Assembly (NCBI GenBank): GCA_000934665.2
Contig: KZ538051.1
Coordinates: 1-64,000, forward strand
DNA length: 64,000 nucleotides
From: Catajapyx aquilonaris
Lineage: Eukaryota
Direction: 5' to 3'
Part shown: one piece after another, positions 1-18,827 of the stretch
Numbering within the stretch: position 1 is the first letter of the stretch
How the letters are laid out: every line of letters begins with the position of its first letter
Position numbers and translations under genes: made by a program
The notes under the pieces: model-generated
What the model was told of the DNA's origin: nothing
The model's database searches: none
What the model saw: only the letters and a program-made list of their open reading frames with translations

Positions 1-312
1 CACACACCTACGGTAATTCGGCGTAAAAACCTCGTGACGCTCTCGAATCTCACTGGTACCGACATGGAAAGGAGTGATTGCGGGTCAAAATAAAAAACTG
101 TACCTGGCCACGGCGGCCGCAAATATCGCCCCAGGAGAAAAATAAGCGCACCATCTCAAAGTGCAACTCTTTCGCGTCCAGATACTCCAGTATCATGCCG
201 ATACCCCCATATTTGCGGCCGTGACAGCGAGAGGAGGAAGTGTCAAACTCACGGGCCGGCCCGCGACGGGCTACCCGCAACAATGGATAGCGTAGCCTAG
301 AGCGCGCTCTTA

Positions 313-521
313 AGGTGCATTCACATATCGGCGACTGCGACTCCGTGCCCGAGCGACCGACGTCGCGGCCATGGTGTCGCCCGGTAGCAGAGCTCTTTGG
401 GGCACTACATTGTGACAGCATCCACTGGACGGGAACTCCGTCGCTGGGGGCACCGCGTCGTGGACCGACGGGCCACAGAATAGGTCGCTGGGCACGGAAT
501 CGCGGATATGTGAATGCACCT
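313..521. mobile_element. PIF/Harbinger (Tourist-like) MITE, 209 bp
   Basis: TIR AGGTGCATTCACATATC (313-) / GATATGTGAATGCACCT (-521), flanked on both sides by TTA (310-312, 522-524). A second internal inverted pair is present (TCCGTGCCCGAGCGACC / GGTCGCTGGGCACGGA). No coding capacity. Confidence 0.85.
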
Positions 522-2463
522 TTAGTCTGTTATATTCCGTTAAATGGCTTCATCGTTAGCTTTAACTTGAGTGGGATCAAAGTTGGTTAGATGAATTTCA
601 ACCAATTTTTTGACTAGAGACAAGGCCACACATGCGCTTGACCACAACAGAAAAGTGACGAGCCAATGCCCATAATGTTTAAGCTCAAACCCTGGCTCTT
701 GTGAATCGTGATGTCGTAAGCTATTGTTCAGGGGAACTGTTTCCTATGGATGAATGCGTTTGCCATAATTTGAAATTTGCTCTTGATCGGTTTTAACCAG
801 TATATGAACTCTTGACCAATTGAAAATTTAATTCTTACGGATTTAACTTTTTGTGGCTAATCGTGGTGGTATGTAACACCGAGTACAGACCCAACTGCAC
901 CGTTAACCAAGCCAACTGGAACAGAGAGTGAGAGAAAGACACATCTAGCCTCTAGAATTCTCTTTGCAACAATGTCAATACATTGGTACTATGGAGACCA
1001 TATATCATATATTGGATTTGTTGTATTTTTTTTGAATTTTTTTCGTGTTTGAATGGCTGCAGTCTGGACCCAAGATGGGCGACTTAAAGTTTTAGACTTT
1101 TCCTGGGGGTTTCAGAGGAGGGCCAATTTTTGTACAAAATTTGGGATCTGTACGATAACTGGAACTGGCCAATCTTTTTGATTATCGCCGTCCCTATATT
1201 ATATGAATCAGACAAAAATAGGGATATTTGGGCCCTCTCCTGGCTTGGACCCAGTGGTCCAAATTTAATGACGATTTATTTGTAGGGTCCCTGGGTGCGC
1301 CCCATTGTCGTATTAAAATTTCAGCCGTGCAGGATTTCCCTGTGCGGAACTAGAAAATGCCGAATTGTAGAGAGCGAGTGAGCTCGAGTAAAGGATGCAC
1401 GGCAGCGCGAGACGTAAGAGTACAGGAGGGAGGGGGCGATTGGTTTGGGTCAGTGGCGGTGGAAGTGGCTTAGACTTGGCGGGATGCACTGCCGTGCATC
1501 TTGATTTTTTAACAATTTTTAAAATAATGGGAGGGGTCGTCCATAAAAAACCAGGTGCAGCCTATTGGAACCTTCCCCTTTATAGCTAAATTATTAAGTG
1601 AGAATCCGCCCAAATAAACATCATTTTCCTTCTACCTTGATTGGTTTTTGTTAGTAGCTGATAAAAGTTCCAGAAGGACGAAAAAACCAATCCCAAATGG
1701 TCAATAACTTCTACTTGTATATAGGTACATCATAATGGACCACAAGGTAGAGAAATTTCAATACAAAAATCTCTCTCCATTATTATAAGCGCCTACGACT
1801 TCAAATCGTGCTCCTTCGCGGCACCGGAGAGCGGTACAGACGCGGTGAAAGGCGACCGCGACCGGGCAGCCGGGACCGGCGACTCGCGACAGGATGCAGG
1901 TGTCGTGGCTTCGGAACATCGCATTTTGGCCGTATTTTCACCCCGCTAACGTGGAAATTAGCAGCCCGGAGGTGATGTTTTCTCATCACTATAGGCCAAG
2001 CAGAATTAGAAAATCCAAAAATTTTGAAAATTCAGGAGGGTAAGAAGAGTTAGTAGGCTACTTTGGTTGTGAGGTGCAAAACTTGAGACAATAGTAAGCT
2101 TTGAGCAGCTTTTCGTTACGTTAACAAAAAACAACAAAAATCTGTGCTCTACTGGTACGAGAAAACTGACAAGCTCATCAGATACCTATAATTTGTAGCA
2201 CTCCAACTGATCATCACATATTCACATGTTATTCTGCGATCCTTTTCAGCGCGCATGTAATCGTTGTAAGTCTCTCTCTCGCTCCCTCTCCCCCCCCCCC
2301 CTTCCCCCATCAAAAAAACAAGCATTTTCGGCGTCGGCGCAAACCGGGTATGTCCGGAAGAGAGCCGCCAGCAGAGGGGGGGTTACACATATCGTGGCCT
2401 GGACTAGAAGTGCATTCGCAGTCCAGGTAACGAAGCCTACGGGGAAGTTTCCGCGAGTGTCCG

Positions 2464-5400
2464 ATGGGCCTCCTTCTTAGGGCTTCGGCCTGCTTCTTAG
2501 GCCTCCTCTTCTTCATGGACATTGCTCCAGACAAAGGTTAGAGCTTTCCCAACAATTTCATACCCAGTTTTATACCCATCACATTACCCAACCCCAACAC
2601 GCGCGCCTATCGATCCTTTATTCGCTGTTATCTACACCTGAAAATTTTTCGGGTTGGTTTATTGAACGTATGATCGTTATACCTATAGCTATTAATAGTG
2701 ATATTGACATTTTGTGCGTGTTTGTAGTGACACAGTTTTTATTTTATGGGGGGTAGTAGTGAATAGGGCTTGGCAGGGTGGGCCATAATTGCTGCAAAAA
2801 GAGGGGGGAAGGGGAGGGTCCGCATTAATCGATATGTTCGGAACTCCGGAGACAACCCACCATTTTGTTATGCAATGTGTGTAGTTTCGGAGGGCATCTT
2901 GGTTCAAAAATATTCGCATGAATATAAATCGAGTCTGTTGTATATCTCGCATACTAAGCCGGTTTCTCCTATACTTTCAACTAATAGTGTGACAAACTGT
3001 CGGTTTAAAAGTGGCAGAAAATGGTGGTAAATGAAGTTGTATATAGTTGCAGCTGAAGTTACTGCAGATCACGTGATATAAATCGTCCATTTTCATTTAG
3101 CTATCATGGTAGCTAGCCAAATGAAAGCCAGAAATTTTCCGCTGCTGAAATGAAGTTATTGAATTTCCTTGTCACACCATGCAGGCGTGCCAATGTTCAG
3201 TTACGTAATCGACACCCATTGGCACCCCTGCTTCAAATCTCCTATAAATTGCTGATTATGTCACGTGGCCCGCAGACGACATATGACTTCTGCAATTTTT
3301 TTCCTTGTAATGTACGCTCTTCAATAAACATTTCAAGTAACCGGGTACTACAGTTCAAACCACCACGTATCTTCATCGTATAATGGCGGTGGTGAGGTTT
3401 GCGTTTTTCCCGTGACCCCGAGAGCTATGCCGGTGGCTTTTTGGTTAGGAGACAGACTCTCTTCTTTTTTTCTCTCTCTTCGTTCCTATCTCCATCTGTC
3501 CAACATTTGCATCTTAGCCAGATAGCCATAGTTGCTTTGGCTTAGCTTCCTATAATACACCTAAAATGTTCAAAATGGTAGATTGTTTGCTGGGNNNNNN
3601 NNNNNNNNNNNNNNNNGAGTAACAATTCAAAATATTTGTTGCGTTGTGCCAACAGCATAATAATAACGGTACGTGCGTCATCAGTGAAAGCTGTGCGTGT
3701 GTAATGAGACTGAAGTTACACAATAGCAGTCATTGTTGCTCTGTGTAGGTCAAACGGTATTTCGTTACTGGTGCTACCTGTTTCTGGTTTTTTTATATAT
3801 ATAAAAAATTCGGACAAGTTTGCGTGTAGACAAGTGCACCGCGTGCATATATGCAAATTAGCCATCATCGCTCAAAGCGCAACGTGACACTACGCAATCA
3901 CAGATTACGCATGCTCCGGGTTCTATCTATCCTGAGAGAGTTCAGACACGAAAGACTATAAATAGTCCGGAAGGTTGTATTGGATGATTTTGAAAGAAAA
4001 AAAAAGTAGATCAGTGGGACTATAATAGGCGGGGGCGCACCTTAGCCTTGGATAGAGAGAATGCTATGAAGGAACTATTGAACGCCCCGGGCCGCAGTCT
4101 GCCGCATAACTGTTGCCATTCCAACAGTTTTTTTCTCTCTCTTCATTTCAACAAGTCTTTAGCTCTGTATAGCCATACCCTCGAAAACAAAATTCAATTA
4201 TATTAATTTTTAAAAAAACCGGACCATTATCTTAATATCCTCCAGTTCTGCAGACATAAAATTGCCTGAAACCGCACCTCCCCTTTGCGAATATAGACCA
4301 TGACCTTTTCATGGTAGGTCACACAATGCACGCTATAAGGTACTATCGATGGCCTAAATTTGAGAAAATGTCGAAGGTTTTTTAAAAGTCGACATGTACA
4401 ATTCAGTTCCTATGTTAAAAATTCTGCAACTTCCATCAATGCGGCTTGTTTTTTTTTTCACCATCCTCGCAATCAATTGTGCGGAGCAAATCAATCAATC
4501 ACTCTGTCCGGATCGATACTAAGCTGTCGCATTGCATGTCGCCTCCTGAAAACCTCACGTTTATTAAACCGGTAGACTTTCGAGAAGCCAACGTAACGTC
4601 GTAAATGTCAGCGTCCAAAATCCCTCTGTAACAAGATTGTTACAAAAAGTCTGAAATTTTTGGGGGAGGGCTGGCTTACAACCCGGAAGGGGAGGGGGGA
4701 GGGGGCAGATATTGATCTCATCCAGTGAGCACAGTCACACTCAAAAAGACATGCCGACCCCGGAAAAAAAGATCATCTGATGACCTCATCGCTTCATTAG
4801 GTTTCCTAAATGATCTGGTCAGGATCAAATGATCCGAAGAAACCAGATCGGGTTCAAGGGCGGAACTTGCCGCAGTAATGCTCTTCGTGACGTCACCCAC
4901 TCTCTCGTAGTCTGACATAGTTTGATGCACAAACGTAATCGATAAAGAGGGGAAGGGAGAACCCCCCCCCCCCCTTTTGGCTTACACACACAAAAAAATA
5001 TTTGAGGTGCCTTTGAAGGGTCAGGGTAAGGAGGGGGTACGCTACTATAAAAATGAAATGTGGTTCATATTGGTTCAGAACTTGCCACTTTTTGACACAC
5101 CCTCGTATAATAAATCCTGGAAGATATGCGTCCCAACAAGCGACTTTTCATTTCAAATGTGGAAAAATGTATTAGTATGCATTTTAAACTAGTCACGTAA
5201 ACCGGAACCCCAAAATTAAAAATGCTAAATTTTGCGGACTTACATTTAAAAATGTTTAGTTTTAGGACTTTTTCCTCAAACATGTACATCCCATACAGTG
5301 TGCCAAGTTTCACAACTCTCAGATGTCCGGAAGTGGGTTAGGTGGCCGGGAGGTATACAGTGTAAATGGAAAAGTTTCTGTGTTTACAAGATATTGTTAA

Positions 5401-6674
5401 TTAACATTAATTATGGCAAACTATGAGACGTGTTATAATTGCTGCCAATCTAATTTCGGTATATTGATGCAGGTTATAGTCTTATAGTTCCTCTAATGTG
5501 TTTTCAAGAGGTGTACTATATAGGCCTCGATCTTGTTATTGCACCGGAAGTGTAGGCGGAAGTTACTGAGATAATTAATCGCAATGGAGGTTGTAGAAGT
5601 TTCATCAATGATAATTTAGGTATCAACATCCTTATAAACATGAACAGGGTGGTCCAACAAGCAACAATGAAGAAACTCTGAATTCCTTAGGCAAGAGTTT
5701 GTTGCTTAAATTTTTACGCTGGGTAAAATATACTGTGTATTCATGACATAGGTTACATCTCTTCTTTCTTCCTTTTTCAGCTCATGGAATCCACTGTTAC
5801 GACTGCAACTCCTTCCACGACCCTCGATGCGCAGACCCATTTGACGAGAACCAGCTGGGACTGGGACTGGTGGACTGCGCTCAGATGGGTGACAACAATA
5901 CCAACTACACCATGTGCCGGAAAATAGTCCAGAAAGGTGCGTGCGGTGCTTGTACAGGAAGTAAAAAAAATTCTCACCCAATCAGAAATGTGGTAGAGAA
6001 CTAAAAATTCAGCTGATTGGCGAAGGTCGTGATATGTAGAATTTGCTGGCATGTGGCTCTGTCCTGGGTGAGTCATCACGTGCATCGGTACAGTGTTGGA
6101 CATACTAGCGACATTTTCTGATGCGGCAGAAGTGATAGTGTGAGCTGTACGAGTAAGAAGAGGTAGGCATTGCGTGACGTCACCGACTGGGGGGCAATAG
6201 AGAAAAGGCTTGTCCCCCAGCCAGTGACGTCACCCAAGGGCTACCATTTCTGACTCGCACGGATGGCACTCTATCACTTCGATTTGCACGTCTGCCGCTC
6301 CTGGAAATGTCGCTAGCAGTATGACGGAATTTAATGTCCAGCACTGTAGTACCACTTTCTCCCGCAGTGGTAGTACTGTGAAGAGAGGGAGGGTGGGCCA
6401 TCTGTTGTTCACACCCATTATGGCCTCCATTTTGATTCCAGTGGATGGCAAGGCTCGCACGAAGCGAAGCTGCGGATGGCAGGGAGACCCCCAGGATCAG
6501 GCGAGCAGGGGATGCTACCACCGAGCCGGTACTTTCGAAGTCCAAGTCTTATACTGCGCCTGCGTAGGCGACAAGTGCAACGGAGCCACCTTGCCATCCT
6601 CACCAGCGGCCCTCTTGATCCTGCTGTGCGCCTTCCTGATCTCCAGCCGGGTAGTTGCGTCCCCCGTTTTATAA
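2464..6674 (+). CDS. GPI-anchored Ly6/uPAR three-finger protein, crooked/quiver-like, ~153 aa, 3 coding exons
   Basis: Exons 2464-2536 (MGLLLRASACFLGLLFFMDIAPDK, signal-peptide-like), 5781-5936 (AHGIHCYDCNSFHDPRCADPFD...TMCRKIVQK) and 6442-6674 (VDGKARTKRSCG...CYHRAGTFEVQVLYCACVGDKCNGA plus hydrophobic tail). All introns are GT-AG and phase 1; total 462 nt. Ten Cys ending in CN, followed by a GPI-type hydrophobic C-terminus. Confidence 0.9.
3595..3616. other. Assembly gap (22 N)
   Basis: Run of N inside intron 1 of the Ly6 gene. Confidence 0.99.
6091..6346. mobile_element. Tc1/mariner-type palindromic MITE in Ly6 intron 2
   Basis: TA|CAGTGTTGGACAT ... ATGTCCAGCACTG|TA. Nested inverted pairs: CTAGCGACATTT/AAATGTCGCTAG, GAAGTGATAG/CTATCACTTC, GTGACGTCAC...CTGGGGG/CCCCCAG...GTGACGTCAC. 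Confidence 0.75.
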
Positions 6675-8952
6675 CATTGAACTCGTTCCACCCCCCTCAG
6701 GACCTTAATATACAGTAGAAGCATTAAAAGCTCCACCTCATCACACAACACCTAAATAAACCATCTCTAGCTCTATCTCTATCCGGTTGGTCCTGCTCAT
6801 CCACCCCCAAAATCCGCAATTCAATTTCGAAAAAAATAATAATAAAAATAAATGGTGGCCGCTTATTTTCCAACACTGCCAAAAACACCACCGATCAACG
6901 TGATATCCAGTTAATCAGATCAGTGCGTTTGTTGCGCAATAATGTGGTGGTTACGCTTTCTCTGTGCTGTTAACGCTGCTATTATGCCCAGCTGCTGTTG
7001 CGTCACTGTGGGAGCATTGTGATATATATATTTCCAACACTACTGGTCGCTAGTCAGCCAATCAGCGCACTGGCTTGTCAAGTTATTCAACTACAGGTCC
7101 TCCAACTGTATGCTTCTTACAGTACAGAATATATGCTGGCTTCCCCCATGTCTTCACCCAATTCAGATCTATTTCTAGATCCAAATGGGACAAGCCGCTG
7201 GGCAAAAGGCTGGAGACTATTTTTACAAGGAAAAAAAGTAATTGTCTCCTGGCAATTTCCTAGAAGTGACCAACATAAAAAAAAACCCAAAATAACACCT
7301 CTGCTATGTCAGAATAGACCTTGAGGCCACAGTAGTACAGTCGCAGCAACAAATAACTACAAAAAAAAGGGGACTAATAATGGATACCAATCAGATCTTA
7401 CTGATCCAGATCAACATGATGCCAACTGCTTTTCAAAAGCCCGGTAGCCAAAAATATGCAAGGATGACCTCACAGTGACTTTCTTAATTGGCCTGACAGC
7501 AATTAGCAAGGCGGCCACAGTCCAAACAATGATCCGGATTCACGAATTTTTCTTCACCTCGAATCTCTTCCCACCTTTAAAAAAAAATGTCCTCCTCCAC
7601 CCTTATAACCCCCCAAAAAAAATTTGCAAAAAAAGAAAAAAAATACCAAAAGACTGGGCCGTTTACCGGACTTTGAACGGATTTCACGTCATCGAATAAA
7701 GGTGACAGTGAGGGTTAAACCCTTTTGACCCTATACAGGATTGAGGAAATCCTCCCGAGGTCAAAAGGGAGCTAATCTGCACTTGTGTGAGTGTGAATCT
7801 TACATCGCCATCCCGCGAGTGCAAAAAATACAGTTTACGCCTGTACATGTTTATGTGTAGATGCTGTTGCTAAGCATCGCCGTATACCTTCAGAGAGAAA
7901 AAAAAATTTGCAAAAAAAATAATAATAATTTAATAAATTTAGACCACCCCCTCAATATCCATCCCTCTTAATTCAGGAAAAGCGAAAATAGCACACGTTC
8001 ACATATAGAGCAGGCAGTTAACAATAAAAAATGATCACCGCTCACTAATGATTTCAAAGTCACCTGACAACAGTTTGTAGAAAAGTAGTCGTCTTTAAAA
8101 TAAAAAACAACAACTCGATAGATTAACACAGGTAATTACGAGGTGAAAAAAAGGAGGGTGTAGTAAACGTCACAAGGCACAGCCACTATCTGGATTTCTA
8201 GTTGACATAATTCCAACCCTGCTAATTGTACGTCCGACTGACGTCACGTTATAACTTCAATGTGACATCACTGGGACGTCAGATGTGTTTTCCTTGGAAT
8301 TATCATTTCGATCATAAAATATTGCAAAAAAAAAAACGCAATTCATAAGTTTCATATTTACATGAAATTCAAATTTGCAATGGGAAAATCCAGAAATTAG
8401 TTGTCCCATATACGAATCACAATCCATCAAAAAATAAAAAAATAAACTTAGCCCTGCACTTAGGTGTAATGATGGATTAGGCTGCATATCCTCCGATTTA
8501 AGCAAATAAAAAAAAATATTAAAAAAAAACTCACTCTTCAATCTGTAGAGATAAATTATGCTCTGGCTCGTGCGAAAAAAAATTAAAATGATGAAGAGTT
8601 AAAGCCTTAACATCAACTTAGCCCCGAGTTGACGATGATTTAAATAATAATAAAAAAATCAATTGAAAAAAAAAGGATGCAGTCATGTCGAGTCATGTAC
8701 AGTCACTTGGATGTCTCGTTACTACCTAACATGTAAATAAGCACTTAATTAAAAACCGCCTATGTGATGATAAACGATGATTGGTGATCATGTTAACCGT
8801 GCCATTTTTTTAAAAAAAACTGTACGCCTCAGTTTGGTTCTACGATATCCCTCGCTATAATTATTCGATAATTTGTGCAATTCGTGCCATTTTCACATTC
8901 CTATTATATACTGGTGCGCTCATTATTGTAATGCAAACTGTAATGTGGGGGC

Positions 8953-9065
8953 GGTGGAATGTTCGTCCCACTGCTAGCTACTGCTAACTTAGCACAGTAC
9001 CAATGGCCAATACTGGTACTGCTAAGTTAGCAGTGTAACTATAGCAGTGGGACGAAAATTCCACC
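8953..9065. repeat. ~113-bp palindromic element (MITE remnant); related copy at ~43762-43854
   Basis: GGTGGAATGTTCGTCCCACTGCTAGCTACTGCTAACTTAGCA...TGCTAAGTTAGCAGTGTAACTATAGCAGTGGGACGAAAATTCCACC. The similar string GTTACTGCTAACTT...AAGTTAGCAGTAACTAGCAGTGAGACGAAAAT occurs near 43770-43845. Confidence 0.7.
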
Positions 9066-10476
9066 CATTGTTTTTTTTTTTTAAATTTTATTTATAAAAG
9101 TGAGGGCCATGGTGTGTGATCAATGAAATAACTATATGTACGGTTTATTGCTTTTTTAATTTATGTGTGTTAGATTTGTCATAGAGAGAAAGCTGTGTCC
9201 ACACTCCGAGAGAGGTGACAATTATTTCACAAAATTATTGGCAACACTGTATGGTCACATGCTTTTAAATCAGCCTCTCCTATTGGCCGCTGCAAGGAGT
9301 CGCCGCTTGCCATTGGCTGAAGCTTCATGTGACCAGCACGGGCACCAATAATATTGCAGACAAATATTAACAACAATTGTTTTTTTATGCATGTGTATTC
9401 CTGGCTACATACAACCAAAATTAGGAAAATACACAAGAAAAAAAAATTAGTAAAGTACTACACAATTTTTTTGGTGAATCCAGCATAAGCAAATTTTGAA
9501 GATGACATGCAAACAGGTTAATTTCCACATAAAAAATTTCCAGTCACTTTACGGTAAATGTGATACAGTCTAACTTTATACAGAGATGACCACTGCCTTG
9601 CTTTTCCTTAGCTGACCTCAACATTTTATTTTATTTTATTTTTCGGCACCGAGTGTTCACATGTTGGTGTTGGCTGTTTTTTTTGTTGTTGTTATTATTA
9701 TTTATTGTTGTTAATTTTTTTGTACTTTGGGAGAGGGACAGGAGAGGTTAACTTTTTTGGGGGTGATTTAAAAAAAAAAAACTCGGTAGGAGGGGAGGAG
9801 TTGACGGTGGTGACGACGACAAAGCGACGGTCGTGACGCCTTGATAAAACAGAGTCCAATTAGGGTATCAATAGATCAGTAATAGAGAAAACCCTCCTCC
9901 TCCATCCTCAACCTGACCTTTTCCCTTGCGTAGTAATACAGTAATGATAATTTTAAAAAAAAAGACAAGAGCCGGATATGATGAAATCTGCGCTCCACAA
10001 GGGTAATTTTAAAAAGTGCAGTATGGGACTTAGGTTAGTTAATATCAGCCCGGCATTTAGGGCAAGTTATTTTCATCTCGCTTAATATTGCGTATGGGTA
10101 CTTAAGAAAAAACAAACTCTCCTCTACATCATAATAGTTCATAAAATGCTGTATTTTGGTTTACAACGATGGAGGCCGAATAATTGTAAAAGAAAAAGAC
10201 AGTTGTTACCGCAAGGCCCGCTCGTGTACTTTGGTTTACCATGAGTCAATAAAGAATAAGTATTACAATAATTATTTTTTTTTACAAAAATTTGGATGGA
10301 GACCTACAACCACCTGCCATTTATAAACATGCAGCATGCTGGAATGCAGCCATTACCTCAAATGTGGAAATCTTCAGAAAGAACACCAGCTGCAGACTGC
10401 TGGATAAGAATGTGCCATGACCTGAGATGGCAAGGGTTGACCCCACAGCGATATATTTTGCAACCAGGCGATACAA

Positions 10477-10980
10477 TCAGGTGGGTTGATTCCGAGCCTG
10501 CTCAGCCTTGAGTCTTTGCTGTTTCTGTCTATAAACATCCAGAGAGTTTCTGGATGGCTGTGGTCCCGGTGCATTCACTATCGCACTGATCTCTGAGGGC
10601 GACCTCATGTTTGCGCTCTGCCTGTGGAACCTCTTTGTCCTGCCTACTTCCTCATCCTCGTCATCCAATTCTTCTTCGTCTGTGTCCCACTCTTCTCCTC
10701 CCCACTCGTCATCGCCACTCTGTCCATCCGGTCTCTTCCCTAAACAGCAGGAACATATTGAGTACATCCAGGCTGGGCACCGACCCTGACGCACATCAAC
10801 CTCGCCTTCCTCCCGGATTGGTGATAGCACTGCCTGCGACACAAAACGGACGCGCTTTTGGAGAGGGTTTGGTGAGGGAGAAGTACCAAATGCGGCCGCA
10901 GAATCTGCTGGGAGGTTGAACTGGAGAGTTGGAGGAGAGTTGGTGCGGGGCGGGGATTTTGGCGGAGAGGAAGATGCCAT
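10477..10980 (-). CDS. Uncharacterised 167-aa disordered protein with RVxF (KRVRF) motif, Cys cluster and acidic tract
   Basis: Uninterrupted GC-richer ORF in AT-rich surroundings with good start context (CAAG ATG G). A plausible 5'-UTR intron lies upstream (donor AAG|GTACGA at 11189, acceptor TTCTTCCTGTGCATATAG| at 11029-11030, preceded by CCTAAT). Composition is protein-like: SP repeats, KRVRF, ICSCCLG, DEEELDDEDEE. No recognisable domain. Confidence 0.6.
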   Translation of the reverse strand: MASSSPPKSPPRTNSPPTLQFNLPADSAAAFGTSPSPNPLQKRVRFVSQAVLSPIREEGEVDVRQGRCPAWMYSICSCCLGKRPDGQSGDDEWGGEEWDTDEEELDDEDEEVGRTKRFHRQSANMRSPSEISAIVNAPGPQPSRNSLDVYRQKQQRLKAEQARNQPT

Positions 10981-13906
10981 CTTGTAAAGGGTACGATTGT
11001 CGAATAGTGATAGCTACTGGTGATGATCCTATATGCACAGGAAGAATCACATTAGGCACTTATAGTATTAGTCCCCGGTGAGAGGTGAAGCGTTTTTACA
11101 ATATAACAAAACCTGCCCATTGAAAAACTTTCATTTGTACTGATTTAAATTTAAAAATCAGTATGAAAACATAAATGCAATATTCGTACCTTCTGACATC
11201 TGAAAACGTGAAATTTACAACATGCTGGATATGCAAGGCAGGCTTAGGAGATGGTTCTGGTGTTTGTGGATCTTCAACACCACCAGGTTAAAATGTGCGG
11301 GCCTTTCATCCAGGTTGGGGTCACACACCTAAAGTAACTGCTCTAGCATAATACAGCATGGTTTACGAAAGCGTTTGATTAAAATTTGGTACAACAATTA
11401 ATTTAAACATTGGGTTGCCATGTTTTCACTCTCATTTTTACGAGACGAGCCAAGTGTCTGATCCGTAGATACCAAAGGCAGATACAGTGTGTTCCTAGGC
11501 ATTTGGATCCTTTTAGGTATTGAAATTTTGCCCAAAGCAGTTATATTTGTGTAGATCTTTGCAAATATTTGTAATGCACTGTATAATATGCTGAAAGCAT
11601 ATTTGCAAGGTCATAAGGTACGGAAATAAAATCACTGTTTGTCAATTTTAAAAAAAACATTCATTGCACTCTAGTTCGCAAATCATTACACTTGTACACA
11701 AAGATTGTATGGTTATTACTCTCAGCTCTCCAAAGAATAATACATGCCTTTAATTTAATTTTTTGACAAAATTAATATTGGCATTGCGGTATGTTTCAGC
11801 TACGTTTGAATCTGAAATGCAGGTATGGAGAGTATGAAGGGCTCCATGAAAGAAGGGGGCAACTAATGAGGAAACCCTATGCAGTTCAGTTGTGGATAAA
11901 TAAAACTATATGAAATTACCTCAAACAAACAGTATGGCCCATGTAATCACTGATGAAGTATTAATGAGATTCAAGTGATACCCCGAGTGCCTGATTTGGC
12001 CTGATTGAAAATATGACAACATTTTTTATCATGGATCAGTAACATAAGTTTTAAAAAACTTTAAAAAAAAAGACATGGTTTTCAAAAGAGACGTTTGCAG
12101 AGAAAGTAAAACTGTTCATTTCATTATTTCCGGTTCATTGGCAACCACGGTCGCAGTTATCATAAACATGATCAGGACCAATATCAAGTGGCATGGACAT
12201 CCATACAAAATAAAGCTACACAATACCACCTGCCCTGCACATGAAAGGTAATCGGCCTTACAATAGATCAGGACATAACCTCGAAAACAAACTGAATGTG
12301 CTCAATTTCGATCATGCAACCCTGTACAATAATGCCTGGCGAAACTGTTTTTATGCATACCTAAAAGATCATTGCATTCCGACACATTATTCTGGGATTT
12401 AAAAATAACTACACGTGTTTGCAAGTGGCTAAACTAGTGGAATGTACGAGGAAGTGCATCACATTTGCCATAAAAATTAGTAAAATTATGAAGTGTATCA
12501 TTCTAATTTTATAATATTAATGGCACATTACTTGCCAATCAGGGAAGGAGAGTTAAATGTAACTTATGTATTCACTGGAAACTTGGTTGCTTTATTCACT
12601 TAACAAAAAATCATACTCAATTACATCTACACTATTTACAGAAAAGTACTAACTACTCTTTCACAAAAATGTGAGACACTACAGGACAACAAATGAAGCA
12701 CATTTAATTTCTCCATGGCTATGTTCCTATGAAGGCCGTTGGTCACTCTCTCATTAATCCAACGTCAGTTATCACAAATAAAGTGGATCATTAGGACAAA
12801 AAAATGTAGATCATATACAGCCAGTTGCAAAAACACCAGTGAAGATACCTCAATTGTAGATTTTCCTTTCTGGTTAGCTGTTGTCAACAACTGAGAGGAA
12901 AGAAATTTGATATCACTTTAAAATGATTAAGTAAAAATAAACATGCTGAATGGTACAGAATGAGTAAAGAAATTGGTTCCTTCCTCCTAAATTTAAATCC
13001 ATTTATCGAATGTATTAGTAGGAAACTGCCTGAGCTTATCAATAAAGCCAGTTACCTCAATTCCCCTATGCTAGATAGCATTAGTTGCTTCGGCTTCCGC
13101 AACATTATGCCATCCACTAAACCTCCAAAATTTAATTCATACAAACGTAACTTTGCATGGCGTTCACCACGTAACTAACCAAGAAGAAGGAAAAAAATTC
13201 AAAAATCAAGCGATCTTCAGCAGCGCAACCCGGTGTTAAGGAACACTGGCATCAACTCAAGTAAGAAATCTCAAATGATGCGGATATTTTGTGAATAGCC
13301 ATACATAATTGCAGACTTTCTCTAATCTGCTTCGATACATCTGGTCTGTTGAATGAAAGCATGCAAGGGAAAATCTCTGATTATGAAAGGTATTCACAAT
13401 ATGGTTCGTGATTTCCTCAATTTCAGTTAATACAAGAGGTCCTAACAGATCCGACTTAAAATACTGCAAGTCATCATAATCAAACGTTACTACTCATACA
13501 GTCTGTATACCATCAATTTAAAAATTGCAAAGAAAATGGTCGTAAATGTCAGATCATGGCGTATCGACTAAGGGTCGGTTGTATGAACATGAGCAAATGT
13601 CAACTATGGCGTTAGTTTACATAAAAGAACAGCTAACTCCGCAGTTAACCTCGACTCTTTTCATACAACCGGCCCTAAATAGTCATACAATGGATTTCAG
13701 CAGGGAGACAACAAACTGCATTAGCTTACGTAATTACTGCTGATTTCACTAATTCAAAATCACTCACTTTCTTATAACCACTTGCTCCTCTTCGCAACAA
13801 AAACAGTCTCCCAACCTGACACTGCATGATTCCAAATAAATGCACGGCTCACTTCAGATGACCAATCAGACTCGAGAGAATTTTTTTTTTTCAAGAGTTA
13901 TGCTCA

Positions 13907-18827
<4,921 letters not shown>

